Shown here piece by piece: positions 1-10,260 of a stretch of 64,000 nucleotides of DNA. The position numbers and the translations under genes are program-made. Numbering within the stretch: position 1 is the first letter of the stretch; each line of letters starts with the position of its first letter. Under the pieces are notes generated by a model. It did no database searches. It saw only the letters and a list, made by a program, of their open reading frames with translations, and had not been told where the DNA came from. The stretch covers positions 416,001-480,000 of the forward strand of contig CAXMWX010000001.1 of the NCBI GenBank assembly GCA_963422205.2, read 5' to 3'. The stretch is from Gammaproteobacteria bacterium (GTDB lineage Bacteria > Pseudomonadota > Gammaproteobacteria > Eutrophobiales > Eutrophobiaceae).

Positions 1-990
1 GCGCTCAGCGGCAAAGAGCAGCCCGGCGGGGATGCGGGATACGATGTTATCACGACAAAACCCCAGCATGGCCTGCCGGACAGATTGCACATAGGTGATC
101 ATCTTATCGCTACTGGCTGTCAGGCCGGCGGCAAATAATTTCTCCTCCGGGTACAGGCGTGCCATTTTGCGGTAATACCCAACGGGCAAACGGAATGTGC
201 CGAGTGTGACAGAATGCAGATACCGTGGCTGGATGCGGGCAAACACCTGCTCGAAAAAAGTGGCGTACATGTTTTGAAAATCCTGCGTATAAATCAGCGG
301 GTCAAACCGCAAGCCTGTCATCCAGCCGGCCTCCTGCAGGGCCTGTATTGCCGCCAGTCGCTTTTGCAGGCTGGGGGTTTTGTGTTCGATGGCCGAGATA
401 ATGCCCTGTGGTGCCAGGCTGAAGGCGACAACACAGTTAGGCAGAGGGTCATGTTGCAATAAGGTGCGGATCTGTGTGCTTTTGGTACGTAATTCTAACA
501 GGGCTGTCGGGTTATCGGCAAAAAAAGGCAGGAACTCGGTCACAAATCCGGTCACCGGCGCCAGGGCCAGGCTGTCACAGTCATAACCGGAGAAGAAATG
601 CACGGCCTCGCTGTGGCTGTCAATGCGCTCTTGTAAGGCCGTCTTGAAATCTGCGTAATTGACAAACAAAACGTAATGCGCCGACTGATACTTTCCCTGC
701 AAAAAACAATAGCGGCAATCATACGGGCAATTCAACAGATGGGAGAAGTAGTAATTTTCCCTGGCGCCGATGGCGTATTCGGCGGGAATGGGCGGCACGT
801 GATTGCTGTGTTTACTGGCAAGCAGGAGGGCAGGCTGACGTTTTTGCAGCCTGAAGCTCTGCGCCTTGCGATTAAATACCTCGCCGTAATGGTCGCACGG
901 AATTGTGGTTGCCCGTGGATAACGTCCCAGTATCTGTCGGGTGAGGGCATGCTGCCGGACGGCGTGTTCAATGTAGATGCGGTCAAACAT
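1..990 (-). CDS. Spore photoproduct lyase-like radical SAM protein (3' end runs off the window)
   Basis: Manual translation from ATG at 990: MFDRIYIEHAVRQH...YFSHLLNCPYDCRYCFLQG, with a CxxxCxxC radical SAM motif in SPL-like context. Absent from the ORF track, presumably because no stop falls in the window. Confidence 0.8.
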   Translation of the reverse strand, partial: MFDRIYIEHAVRQHALTRQILGRYPRATTIPCDHYGEVFNRKAQSFRLQKRQPALLLASKHSNHVPPIPAEYAIGARENYYFSHLLNCPYDCRYCFLQGKYQSAHYVLFVNYADFKTALQERIDSHSEAVHFFSGYDCDSLALAPVTGFVTEFLPFFADNPTALLELRTKSTQIRTLLQHDPLPNCVVAFSLAPQGIISAIEHKTPSLQKRLAAIQALQEAGWMTGLRFDPLIYTQDFQNMYATFFEQVFARIQPRYLHSVTLGTFRLPVGYYRKMARLYPEEKLFAAGLTASSDKMITYVQSVRQAMLGFCRDNIVSRIPAGLLFAAER

Positions 991-1849
991 CGGCGGATGT
1001 TGGAAGCGGCAGTTCCGCATTCTCAATGCCTGTGCGGATAAACCGCAGCACTTCTTTGGCATCTGCATTTTTTTGTGCATACGCCAGCAGGGAGTCCGGG
1101 TGCGGGTACAATGCCGTCCAGGCAGCGATGAGTTGCCGCAGTGTATTTTTCTGACAGGCGGTGTAATGCGTGCAGGCAGTGAGCTGGCTGATCACCTCCT
1201 GTGTGGCTGAGTGGCGCACAGCCTGGGTTGCTTGCAGATCCAGCAATGCCTGCATGATGGACTCAATCTGTGGCAGGTTCTGCTCAACCAGCCCGGAGAG
1301 CGTCCGGCCATTGGGCGCCGTCACCGGGCAGTGTTTATTATCGGAGACAATCTTGACGGCATGGATTAATTCTGCCGTGCTGATCCGGCTGGCAGCATCA
1401 TAGAAGCCCGCGCCCTCCATGTCATACAGCCCCTGCCCATAGTCTGTTTCCGGTTGATCCACGGTGATGAGGCAATCCTGCGGCAGGGCGGTGGTAAAAC
1501 AACATTGCGGATACCAGTTCCGCCCGCTGCTTTGTTCGGTGATTTTATTGACTAACAAGGCCAGGCCGACAGGATGCGCTGCATGTCCGCAAACCCCTAT
1601 GTTCAGCCAGGCGGCCGGGGATTGCCCGCAGAGAGGTTGTCCAGGAAAGGATCGTCCAGGGAAATAAAATTCAGTCGCCAGCACCGCCTGTGCCGCTGCC
1701 AGCTTGCCAACGCCGGTGATGGTCAGTGAGAGCCGGGCCTGCAAATCCTGATACCGGCTGAACAGGCCGGCATCATCACAATATGACAGCCGGTATGTCT
1801 CAATCACCGGCCGGGCCTCGGCCAGCAAGGCACAGACGATATGCAGCAT
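983..1849 (-). CDS. Nucleoside phosphorylase/MTA-SAH nucleosidase-fold protein
   Basis: Motifs ITGVGKLAAA, WLNIGVCG, YDMEGAGF, KIVSD of the PNP_UDP_1 fold; overlaps the start of the SPL-like gene. Confidence 0.65.
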   Translation of the reverse strand: MLHIVCALLAEARPVIETYRLSYCDDAGLFSRYQDLQARLSLTITGVGKLAAAQAVLATEFYFPGRSFPGQPLCGQSPAAWLNIGVCGHAAHPVGLALLVNKITEQSSGRNWYPQCCFTTALPQDCLITVDQPETDYGQGLYDMEGAGFYDAASRISTAELIHAVKIVSDNKHCPVTAPNGRTLSGLVEQNLPQIESIMQALLDLQATQAVRHSATQEVISQLTACTHYTACQKNTLRQLIAAWTALYPHPDSLLAYAQKNADAKEVLRFIRTGIENAELPLPTSADV

Positions 1850-1888
1850 TATCTGCCCGCCCCCTGTCTCTTGACAGCCGAAACCGGC

Positions 1889-2734
1889 TCAGGCAAACCG
1901 CCGCAACAATGCCTCGCATTCCCTGACATAGTCCGTGTTATTGTGCTTTTTTGCACCCTTGAGATAGAGGTTGATTTTGTAATGCAATGCGCTGATCGCC
2001 GCCGCCGTATCGCCTGCATTCAGTATATCCTCTGCCAGGATTTTTGCTAAGGCCATGATGCGGTATTTATCCATGCCCCGGTATTGGCCGGATAACTGAT
2101 CGGCATGGCCGCCGTATTTTATGGTCAGGGGCGCCTCAAGATACAACACCGGCAGGCGTGCACACAGACGCAGCCACATATCATAATCCTCGCACACAAC
2201 CAGCGCCTCATCAAACAGCCCCACCCGGTCAAACACCGCCCGGTGCAGCAGGATGGCCGAAGGCGATATCACACACCGGGGCAGGCAATGTTGAAATAGC
2301 CAGCCGCCCTGTTTGCGATGTCTGGCCGATTGGCGCAGCGGCCTGCCGTGACGTATCCATTGCTCGTTGGTATGGATCACCTGATAGCCGGGATTATCTT
2401 TAAGGCAGGCGACCTGCCGTGCCAGTTTCTGCCGGTGCCAGGCATCGTCTGAGTCCAGCAGGGCGAGCCACTCACCGCTGGCCGTCGTGATGCCACGGTT
2501 ACGTGCCGCGCTGACCCCCTGATGCGCTTGCCGCAGCAGGGTCACCCCCGGATAATGCTGTTGCAGCAGCGGCACGGTGTTATCGCTTGAGCCATCATCA
2601 ACGACAATAATCTCATCGGCCGGCCGGCTTTGAGAGATGACAGAATCCAGCGCCCGGGGCAGCATTCGGGCCCGATTCCATGTGGGTATGATGACGGAGA
2701 TGGTGTGCAAATCGGGATCCTCATCTGCCCTCAT
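1889..2734 (-). CDS. Glycosyltransferase family 2
   Basis: SVIIPTWNR, IIVVDDGSSD, GVSAARNRG, LDSDD, EDYDMWLR motifs. Confidence 0.9.
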   Translation of the reverse strand: MRADEDPDLHTISVIIPTWNRARMLPRALDSVISQSRPADEIIVVDDGSSDNTVPLLQQHYPGVTLLRQAHQGVSAARNRGITTASGEWLALLDSDDAWHRQKLARQVACLKDNPGYQVIHTNEQWIRHGRPLRQSARHRKQGGWLFQHCLPRCVISPSAILLHRAVFDRVGLFDEALVVCEDYDMWLRLCARLPVLYLEAPLTIKYGGHADQLSGQYRGMDKYRIMALAKILAEDILNAGDTAAAISALHYKINLYLKGAKKHNNTDYVRECEALLRRFA

Positions 2735-2800
2735 GCTTTGCCTGGGGCGAGGCGGTTACGCTACTATCTTATAATTGCTCAAGCCTGATGATCTAACACC

Positions 2801-3562
2801 ATGCCCGCATTGCAGGATAAAGCCGCCGTGATTACCGGTGCCAGCAGCGGCATTGGCAAGGCGATCGCCCTGGCCTATGCCGCCGCCGGTGCTCAAGTGA
2901 TCGTCAATTATCGTCGTTCACAGGCGGCCGCCCGGCAGGTGGCCGATGAGATCGCCCGCCGGGGAGGGCAGGCATGGGCGGTGCAGGCCGACATATCCAG
3001 GCAACAGGAGGTTGAGTCCCTGCTGGCCGAGGCCATTCGCCGGATGGGGCAGGTGGATATCTGGGTCAACAATGCCGGTGCTGATATTCTGACGGCAGGC
3101 AATGCCGGGCAAAGTCGGCTGGAGAAATTGCACGCACTGCTACAGGTCGACCTGCAAGGCACCATGCTGTGCAGTTGGGCGGCAGCGGCCTATATGCAGG
3201 CACGGGGTGCTGGCAATATCATCAATATGTCCTGGGATCAGGCATTGCAGGGCTATCAGGGGGAGAACCCGCAGCTGTTTGCGGCGGTCAAGGCCGGTAT
3301 CACGGCTTTTAGCAAGTCGCTGGCCAGGACTGCCGGGCCAGCAATCCGGGTCAATACTCTCGCACCGGGCTGGATACAGACGGCATTTGCCGAGTCCGGC
3401 ATGGATGCTAACTACTACCGGCAGCGCTGTGCCGAGATACCACTGGGACGTTTTGGCCGTCCTGAAGAGGTGGCCGCCGCCGCCGTGTTCCTTGCCTCCG
3501 AGGATTCGGCCTACATGACGGGTGCCGTGTTGAATGTGGGTGGCGGTTTTAACCTGTGTTAA
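2801..3562 (+). CDS. SDR family oxidoreductase
   Basis: TGASSGIG Rossmann motif, VNNAG, IRVNTLAPGWI, PLGRFGRPEEVA. Confidence 0.9.
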   Translation: MPALQDKAAVITGASSGIGKAIALAYAAAGAQVIVNYRRSQAAARQVADEIARRGGQAWAVQADISRQQEVESLLAEAIRRMGQVDIWVNNAGADILTAGNAGQSRLEKLHALLQVDLQGTMLCSWAAAAYMQARGAGNIINMSWDQALQGYQGENPQLFAAVKAGITAFSKSLARTAGPAIRVNTLAPGWIQTAFAESGMDANYYRQRCAEIPLGRFGRPEEVAAAAVFLASEDSAYMTGAVLNVGGGFNLC

Positions 3563-4080
3563 GCCGGGTAGTCGAGCACCGAGTGCACCGCATAATCGGT
3601 CAGCTTGGCACGCCCGCCCAGATCGCTTAGCTCAATTAAAAAGGCACAAGCCGCCACCTTGGCCCCCAGTTTTTCGATCAACTCACAACTCGCCAGCGCC
3701 GTGCCACCGGTCGCTATCAGGTCATCGATCAGCAACACCTTGTCGGTCGCCGTGAGCGCATCTCTCTGCATTTGCAGGGTGGTGCTGCCGTATTCCAACG
3801 TATAGGCCACCGCCACCACCTGACCGGGTAGCTTGCCGGGCTTTCTCAGGGGAATAAAGGCCGTATTGAGTAGCTGTGCCGCCAGGCTACCAAAGATAAA
3901 ACCGCGGGCCTCCATCCCGCACACGGCCGTTATCTGCTGTTCTCTGAAGGGCGTGATCATCGCATGGGTGGCCTCTCGTACACAGCCCGGCACCTTCAGC
4001 AGCGGCGTGATATCCTTAAATTGTATGCCCGGCCTGGGGAAGTCGGGGATGGTACGAATCAGTTGGCGTATGTGTTCCAT
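3559..4080 (-). CDS. apt: Adenine phosphoribosyltransferase
   Basis: IPDFPRPGIQFKDITPLL, EARGF, RKPGKLP, LIDDLIATGGT PRPP motif. Confidence 0.96.
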   Translation of the reverse strand: MEHIRQLIRTIPDFPRPGIQFKDITPLLKVPGCVREATHAMITPFREQQITAVCGMEARGFIFGSLAAQLLNTAFIPLRKPGKLPGQVVAVAYTLEYGSTTLQMQRDALTATDKVLLIDDLIATGGTALASCELIEKLGAKVAACAFLIELSDLGGRAKLTDYAVHSVLDYPA

Positions 4081-4141
4081 GCTGCTGCTGTTTTTTGTTT
4101 ATGCTAACGTACACTAAAATACCCGATCATGTTACACAAAA

Positions 4142-4809
4142 ATGAAAGCCAAGGTTGCACATGACTGGCCGGTGAATCGGCAACAGGCGATTGCCTTGCA
4201 GAGAACATTAAGCCCCCGGGTCAGCCTGCTGGATAGGTGCATGAGGTAGGCCATGTCGCCGGTGTGGATGTGGGTCTGGTGGCGAGGGGCAGGATCATGC
4301 GTGCGGCGGTGGCGGTCTTGACGTACCCGGACCTTAAAACCGTAGAGACCCAGGTAGCCCATTGCCGGATGAGAATGCCCTATGTCAGCGGCTTGCTCTC
4401 TTTTCGCGAATTGCCGGCCGTGTTACAGGCGGTGAAAAAATTGCACCAGCCACCGGATCTGTTTTTATGCGATGGTCAGGGCATAGCGCATCCGCGCCGG
4501 TTTGGCATCGCCTGCCATCTGGGGGTATTGCTGGATGTGGCAACCATCGGTGTGGCGAAGCAGCGCCTGTGCGGCAGCCATGCCATGCCGGGCAATAACA
4601 AAGGTGACTGGACCTGTTTGTATGCCGGTGATGCCATCATCGGTGCTGTGTTACGCAGCCGTGCGGGCGTCAAACCCATCTATGTCTCGCCCGGCCACAA
4701 GCTGTCCCTGCCAACGGCCATCCGCTATGTGCTTAACTGCACCACCAGATACCGCCTGCCAGAGACCACCCGCCTGGCCGATAAACTGGCCTCCCGCCGC
4801 TCATGCTAG
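4142..4809 (+). CDS. nfi: Endonuclease V, apparent 1-nt frameshift near 4235
   Basis: VAGVDVG, PYVSGLLSFRE, DGQGIAHPRRFGIACHLG, YRLPETTRLAD; the typical N-terminus (MKAKVAHDWPVNRQQAIALQ) starts at 4142 in a different frame. Confidence 0.9.
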
Positions 4810-5525
4810 GCGCCCCCCTGCTGCTTCTGTGCCTGTCAGGCGCCGCCCCGCTGCCAGCAGATGAGGCCATGGCCGCCCAACATCGGCAGATGCTGCGTGA
4901 TATCATACAGATGGTTGATGAGACCAAAGACCATACCGGTATCGCCAGCCTATCAGGGCCAGTGCTGCATGCCATGCGCTGTGTACCCCGGCGGGCATTT
5001 GTCCCGCAACAGGCCCATGCCTATGCCTATATCAACCGGCCGTTGCCCATCGGCCACCAGCAGACCATCTCCCAGCCCTATATGGTCGCCCTGATGACCG
5101 AGTTGGCCGCCTTGCAACCCGGCGAGAAGGTGCTTGAGATCGGCACGGGCTCCGGCTATCAGGCGGCCATACTGGCTGAGATCGTGGCTGCGGTCTTCAG
5201 CATCGAAATTATCGCACCGCTTGGCGAGCGCGCCGCCAGCACCTTACAGCGTCTTGGGTATGATAATGTGCATGTCAGGATAGGGGATGGGTATCACGGG
5301 TGGCCGGAACAGGCGCCGTTTGATGCTATCCTGGTCACCGCCGCACCAGAGCAGGTGCCGCCGCCATTGCTGGTGCAATTAAAGACCGGCGGCCGTTTGA
5401 TCATCCCGGTAGGCAGGCAGGGACGGGTGCAGTCTCTGCAACGACTGCTCAAGGGCGCCGATGGCAGCATCCGCACAGAAAAAATACTGCCGGTGGGTTT
5501 CGTGCCATTCACGCGGCAGGAATAA
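4803..5525 (+). CDS. pcm: Protein-L-isoaspartate O-methyltransferase, paralog 1 with signal-peptide-like N-terminus
   Basis: PLPIGHQQTISQPYMVALMT, VLEIGTGSGYQAA, GDGYHGWPEQAPFDAI, FVPF. Confidence 0.88.
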   Translation: MLGAPLLLLCLSGAAPLPADEAMAAQHRQMLRDIIQMVDETKDHTGIASLSGPVLHAMRCVPRRAFVPQQAHAYAYINRPLPIGHQQTISQPYMVALMTELAALQPGEKVLEIGTGSGYQAAILAEIVAAVFSIEIIAPLGERAASTLQRLGYDNVHVRIGDGYHGWPEQAPFDAILVTAAPEQVPPPLLVQLKTGGRLIIPVGRQGRVQSLQRLLKGADGSIRTEKILPVGFVPFTRQE

Positions 5526-5624
5526 GCCCTTAATTTGGCCCCTGCTGGTCTCTACCGCTGCACAGAACAACGCCGGAGAACGGCTGGAGTTACCCGTGTG
5601 CTTCAAGGCCGGGCGGTTATTCCC

Positions 5625-7937
5625 TTACCTGTCACTGCCCGGTTTGCCCTCATCAGCGGCATCGCCGGCGTTCAGTTGGCATTCCTGGTGCGTGTTCGGG
5701 TCGGTAACGTTTGCCTCGGGCAGATCCTGTTTTCTCATCAGGCTGGCGAGGCGTCCTATCAGGCCGGCAGGATCGCCCTGTGCTTGCCTTGCCATGGCGG
5801 TCAAGGTGAGGTAGTCAATCTTGCCGGTGCTCAATACCGGCAGTTCTTCGGCATAGGCAATTTTCTCGGGTAGATACAAGGGCGAGTAATTTGCTGTTTT
5901 TATCTGCTGCTGGAGTTGTTTTCTCAAGGCGGCCTGGTGGTTGGTGATGAGTATGATTTTCTCTCCTCTGCGCTCATCCGGCAGGCTCACCGCCGCATGG
6001 ATATGCTTCGGCCAGGTCTGCCCGGCCAGCTCTTCCACCGCTGTTAGCGAGATCATCTCACCGGCGATCTTGGCAAAGCGTTTGGCCCGGCCCAGGATCG
6101 TGATATAACCCGCCGCATCGATGCTGACGATATCGCCCGTGCTGTGCCAGGCACTGCCCCCGGACTGGGGCGGCGGTATCAATTCGCCCGCCCGGTCATG
6201 CAGCAGATAGCCCAGCATCACGTTCGGGCCGCTGACCATAAGCTCTCCGCCTTCGCTGATGCCGGCGATGGGCTTGAGGCGGGCCTGCATGCCGGGCAGC
6301 AAGCGGCCAACACTGCCGTGCTTGCAGTTAATCGGTGTATTGACAGCAACCACCGGGCTGCATTCGGTGACGCCGTAGCCTTGCAGGATGCGAATACCGA
6401 ATTTATCCATCCAGAGTTGTTGGGTGTCCTGCTGTAGCTTCTCTGCCCCGGCCACCACATGACGCAGGCTGTGAAAATCAAACGCATGGGCATATTTTGC
6501 ATAGCCCCGAAAGAAGATGTTGGTGCCAAACAAGATGGTGGCGCCCAGGTTGTAGATGTGCTCCGGGATGAGGCGATAATGCAGCGGGTTGGGGTAGAGG
6601 TAGATCCGGCTGCCGCCCAACAATGGCATGAGGCAGCCTGCATTCAGGCCGAAGCAATGAAATAACGGCAGGCAACTGAACAGCATGTCAGCCGGGCGAA
6701 AATCAATATGGCAGCGCACCTGGGCGTAATTGGAGACCAGGTTGACATGGGATAACACCACGCCCTTGGGAATCCCTTCCGAGCCAGAGGTAAATAATAT
6801 TGTCGCCGGCTTGCCTGTGTCCTGATCTGTACACACCCGGCGGTAGTAGGCCAGCGGATAACGGCTGCGTAACATGCCTTTGAGTTTATCCAGGCGGCTT
6901 ACCTGCCGGGCGATATCCTCCAGGTAGATGATCGTCCTGGAGGCGCTTAGATGGTCGATCACATCCTCAAGGCCAGCATTGGCGATAAACTTTTTCGAGC
7001 TGTAGATGGTCTTCACCGAGGCCATCTCACAGGCGTTGGTCAATGCCTGTATACCGGCGGTGTAGTTTAACATGGTCGGCACCCGGCCAAGGCAGTGCAG
7101 TGCCAGATAGCTGATCACCGTGGCAGAGACATTGGGCAGCAGCAGGCCGACATTCTCCGCCGCCTTGCTCTGGTGTTTGAAGACATCGCTGAGGATGAAG
7201 GTGCGGGTTAATAACTGGCCGTAGGTCAATGGCTGCTGGTTGATGTCTTCCATGATGACAGTGTGCCGCCCGTATTTTTTCACCGCATCCAGCAGGGCGG
7301 AAAATACCGTGCGGTGATAATCTGTGGCGGCGAAGGCCAGTTGGTACATAATCTCCTGCATCCGCTTTGCCGCCTGTCGCCGGCGCTCATGCCCCTGCAC
7401 GTCTGCTGGCAGGGTGATTTTCTCAGGCGCCAAAAATCGCAGCGTGATGCGGGGGAAGCGTTGGGTATAGCCGCTCTGGTGCAGGTAAGCGGCATGGCTG
7501 TACTGTGCCCCTTCAATACTGACCGGCAAAATCGCCGCATCGGCTTTATCGGCAATCAGGCCGGGGCCTTCGTAGATCTTCATCAACACACCCGTGACGG
7601 TAATTCTGCCCTCCGGGAAGATCACGGCTTTTTTATCCTGTTGCAGAAACTTGATCATGGATTTTACCGAAAGCGGATTGGCCGGGTCCATCAGGAACAG
7701 ATCGACAAAGCAGAGATACGGGCGGAAGCGGCGTTGGCCGGCAATGTTTGTGTTGATCGCAAACGTCGGGGCATCCGGCAGCCAGGCATAGAGCAGCACG
7801 CCATCGAGCAGGGAGGTGTGGTTGGCCACGATCAAGGCCCTCGGCCCGGCCTGATGATAATGCGCCAGGCCCTTAACCTCTACCCGGTAGAGCAGCCTCA
7901 GCAGGGCACGCAACAGCCATTTAAGCAGCTTTATCAT
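5625..7937 (-). CDS. aas: Bifunctional acylglycerophosphoethanolamine acyltransferase / acyl-ACP synthetase (Aas-like)
   Basis: NHTSLLD and FPEGRIT acyltransferase motifs followed by AMP-binding motifs FTSGSEGIPKG, GYGVTE, TGDIV, GRAKRFAKIAGEM. Confidence 0.88.
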   Translation of the reverse strand: MIKLLKWLLRALLRLLYRVEVKGLAHYHQAGPRALIVANHTSLLDGVLLYAWLPDAPTFAINTNIAGQRRFRPYLCFVDLFLMDPANPLSVKSMIKFLQQDKKAVIFPEGRITVTGVLMKIYEGPGLIADKADAAILPVSIEGAQYSHAAYLHQSGYTQRFPRITLRFLAPEKITLPADVQGHERRRQAAKRMQEIMYQLAFAATDYHRTVFSALLDAVKKYGRHTVIMEDINQQPLTYGQLLTRTFILSDVFKHQSKAAENVGLLLPNVSATVISYLALHCLGRVPTMLNYTAGIQALTNACEMASVKTIYSSKKFIANAGLEDVIDHLSASRTIIYLEDIARQVSRLDKLKGMLRSRYPLAYYRRVCTDQDTGKPATILFTSGSEGIPKGVVLSHVNLVSNYAQVRCHIDFRPADMLFSCLPLFHCFGLNAGCLMPLLGGSRIYLYPNPLHYRLIPEHIYNLGATILFGTNIFFRGYAKYAHAFDFHSLRHVVAGAEKLQQDTQQLWMDKFGIRILQGYGVTECSPVVAVNTPINCKHGSVGRLLPGMQARLKPIAGISEGGELMVSGPNVMLGYLLHDRAGELIPPPQSGGSAWHSTGDIVSIDAAGYITILGRAKRFAKIAGEMISLTAVEELAGQTWPKHIHAAVSLPDERRGEKIILITNHQAALRKQLQQQIKTANYSPLYLPEKIAYAEELPVLSTGKIDYLTLTAMARQAQGDPAGLIGRLASLMRKQDLPEANVTDPNTHQECQLNAGDAADEGKPGSDR

Positions 7938-8249
7938 GGGGCTAGTGTAACCTGAATTGCCCGGAAATAAATTGTCGGGTTGTCTGCATTGACGTTGAAA
8001 ACATCCAGGGCGGCCAGGCGCTCAGGGGATTAGGCGATACCGGTGTTGATTAAGATTGACCGTCCTGGGAATGGCGTTAATTTGGTTTTGATTATCATGC
8101 GGATCGCTTTATGATAACACGCCAGTATTTACCTATAAAATCAATAGCTAAAGTGAAGCCTTGCCGAACCCCTGGCGGGGTGGAGGGTGGCATATCGGTG
8201 ATTTTCAGCCCATCGCCTGGCGAACACGCCTTAGCCTGATATCTGCCGT

Positions 8250-9029
8250 ATGGATGCAATACAACAGAAGAGAGAACACGTGAGTTTCAAGCACTGGTTC
8301 AGAACCCGGCAGGGCATGGCCCTCAGCACCTGTGAGCAGGACCGTGTTGCCGGTGTGCTGTCGACTTTGTTTGGCTACCATATTGTTCAGATTGGGGCAG
8401 TCACACCGGCCGATTACCTGCACAGCAGCCGGATAGGGCATAAGGTGATCTGCCAGTTAGCCGGTGAGGGCGAGGCGGCCGCGGCTGTTGATCTGCTGAT
8501 CACCGACCAGGATCTGCCCTTCTCAACGGCCAGTATTGATGTCGCCCTGGTGCCGCATGTCCTCGAATTCTCCGACAAGCCGCACCGATTTTTACGCGAG
8601 ATAGCGCGTATTCTGATCGGTGATGGCCATGTCCTGATCCTGGGGTTTAACCCCTGGAGCCTGTGGGGGCTGTGGCGCCTGTGGCTTGCCTGGCGCGATC
8701 AGCCGCCCTGGAACGGGCATTTCTACAGTCTGCCCAGGATCAGGGACTGGCTGTATCTGCTCGATTTTGAGATCATCAGCACAGAGCGGTTTATCTTCCG
8801 GCCGCCGCTGGGGGAGGGTCGCCTCATGCAGCGGATACAATTTATGGAGAAACTGGGCAGCTATTGCTGGCCGTACTTTGGCAGTGTTTATATGATACTG
8901 GCGAGAAAACGGGTGGTGCCTTTAACACCGATAAAAATGCGCTGGCAGAAGCAACGTCAACGGCTGGCTGCTGGTGTTGTCGAGCCAACGGTGCGGGCGG
9001 CTACAGTGACAGAGCGGGCAGGGCGATGA
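8250..9029 (+). CDS. Class I SAM-dependent methyltransferase (YafS-like)
   Basis: [28 protein letters not shown]; conserved position upstream of rnhA-dnaQ. Confidence 0.8.
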   Translation: MDAIQQKREHVSFKHWFRTRQGMALSTCEQDRVAGVLSTLFGYHIVQIGAVTPADYLHSSRIGHKVICQLAGEGEAAAAVDLLITDQDLPFSTASIDVALVPHVLEFSDKPHRFLREIARILIGDGHVLILGFNPWSLWGLWRLWLAWRDQPPWNGHFYSLPRIRDWLYLLDFEIISTERFIFRPPLGEGRLMQRIQFMEKLGSYCWPYFGSVYMILARKRVVPLTPIKMRWQKQRQRLAAGVVEPTVRAATVTERAGR

Positions 9030-9478
9030 GAAAACAACTGGAAATTTTTACCGATGGGGCCTGTCGTGGCAATCCCGGTGCGGGCGGTTGGGGGGCGTTG
9101 CTGCGCTTCGATGGTGTGGAGGAGGAGCTTTGCGGTGCAGAGCACCAGACCACCAATAACCGCATGGAGCTGATGGCGGCGATTAAAGCGCTGGAGTCGC
9201 TGACAGAGCCTGCCAGCGTGTGTTTAACCACCGATTCGATCTATGTCAAAGAGGGCATCACCTCATGGATCAGTGGCTGGAAGCGGAGGCACTGGAAGAC
9301 AGCATCCAACAAGCCGGTAAAGAATCAAGACTTATGGCAGCAGTTGGATCGATTAAGCGCCAGGCATGAAGTGCAATGGTGCTGGGTAAAAGGGCATAGC
9401 GGGCATCCAGAGAATGAGCGTGCCGATGCGCTGGCCAATCAGGCCATAGACAGGCTGCTGACGATGGGGCGCGCCTGA
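9026..9478 (+). CDS. rnhA: Ribonuclease HI
   Basis: [47 protein letters not shown]; ATG at 9026 overlaps the upstream TGA. Confidence 0.97.
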   Translation: MRKQLEIFTDGACRGNPGAGGWGALLRFDGVEEELCGAEHQTTNNRMELMAAIKALESLTEPASVCLTTDSIYVKEGITSWISGWKRRHWKTASNKPVKNQDLWQQLDRLSARHEVQWCWVKGHSGHPENERADALANQAIDRLLTMGRA

Positions 9479-9488
9479 GTATCAGCGC

Positions 9489-10199
9489 ATGCGGCAGATC
9501 ATTCTTGATACTGAGACCACCGGCCTTGATCCGCAACAAGGCCATCGTCTTATTGAGATTGCCTGTATTGAGGTCATTAATCGCCGCAAGACCGGGCGTG
9601 TGCTGCATCATTATCTCAATCCTGAGCAGGAGGTGGATGAGGCTGCCTACCGTGTCCACGGTATCGGTCATGAGCAAGTGAAGGATGCGCCACGCTTTGC
9701 CGATATTGCCGGGGAGTTGATCGATTTTATTCGTGATGCCGAGTTGATTATGCACAATGCCCCGTTTGATGTTGGGTTTATCAACACCGAGTTGGCATCC
9801 TCAGGGCGTGCATGGGGCGAAGTGAAAGACTACTGCACCGTGCTGGATACCCTGGCACTGGCCAGAGATAAGCATCCGGGGCAAAGAAACAGCCTGGATG
9901 CCTTGTGCGGCCGGTATGAGGTGGACAATTCGCATCGCATTCAGCACGGCGCCCTGCTGGATGCCGAGATCTTACTGGATGTGTATCTGGCGATGACGGG
10001 GGGTCAGGTCAGCCTGCTGTCGGACGATGAGGCAGATACGCCAGGTCATGGCGGCAGTAACCACTATCAGCACAAACGCCTGGATAAACAAACCCCACTC
10101 AGGACGATTCAGCCCAGTGCTGCCGAGTTATCTGCCCATGAGCGGCTGCTGGATGTGATGCGTGATACGACCGACCAGCCACCGCTCTGGCGGCAGTAA
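9489..10199 (+). CDS. dnaQ: DNA polymerase III epsilon subunit
   Basis: RQIILDTETTG, HNAPFDVGF, HGALLDAEIL..VYLAMTGGQ. Confidence 0.97.
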   Translation: MRQIILDTETTGLDPQQGHRLIEIACIEVINRRKTGRVLHHYLNPEQEVDEAAYRVHGIGHEQVKDAPRFADIAGELIDFIRDAELIMHNAPFDVGFINTELASSGRAWGEVKDYCTVLDTLALARDKHPGQRNSLDALCGRYEVDNSHRIQHGALLDAEILLDVYLAMTGGQVSLLSDDEADTPGHGGSNHYQHKRLDKQTPLRTIQPSAAELSAHERLLDVMRDTTDQPPLWRQ

Positions 10200-10260
10200 G
10201 CAGCGTGGTGCTGGCCGTGATCGTTGCCGCGGCAAGCGGCAGGTAGATGTCCTGAACAGC

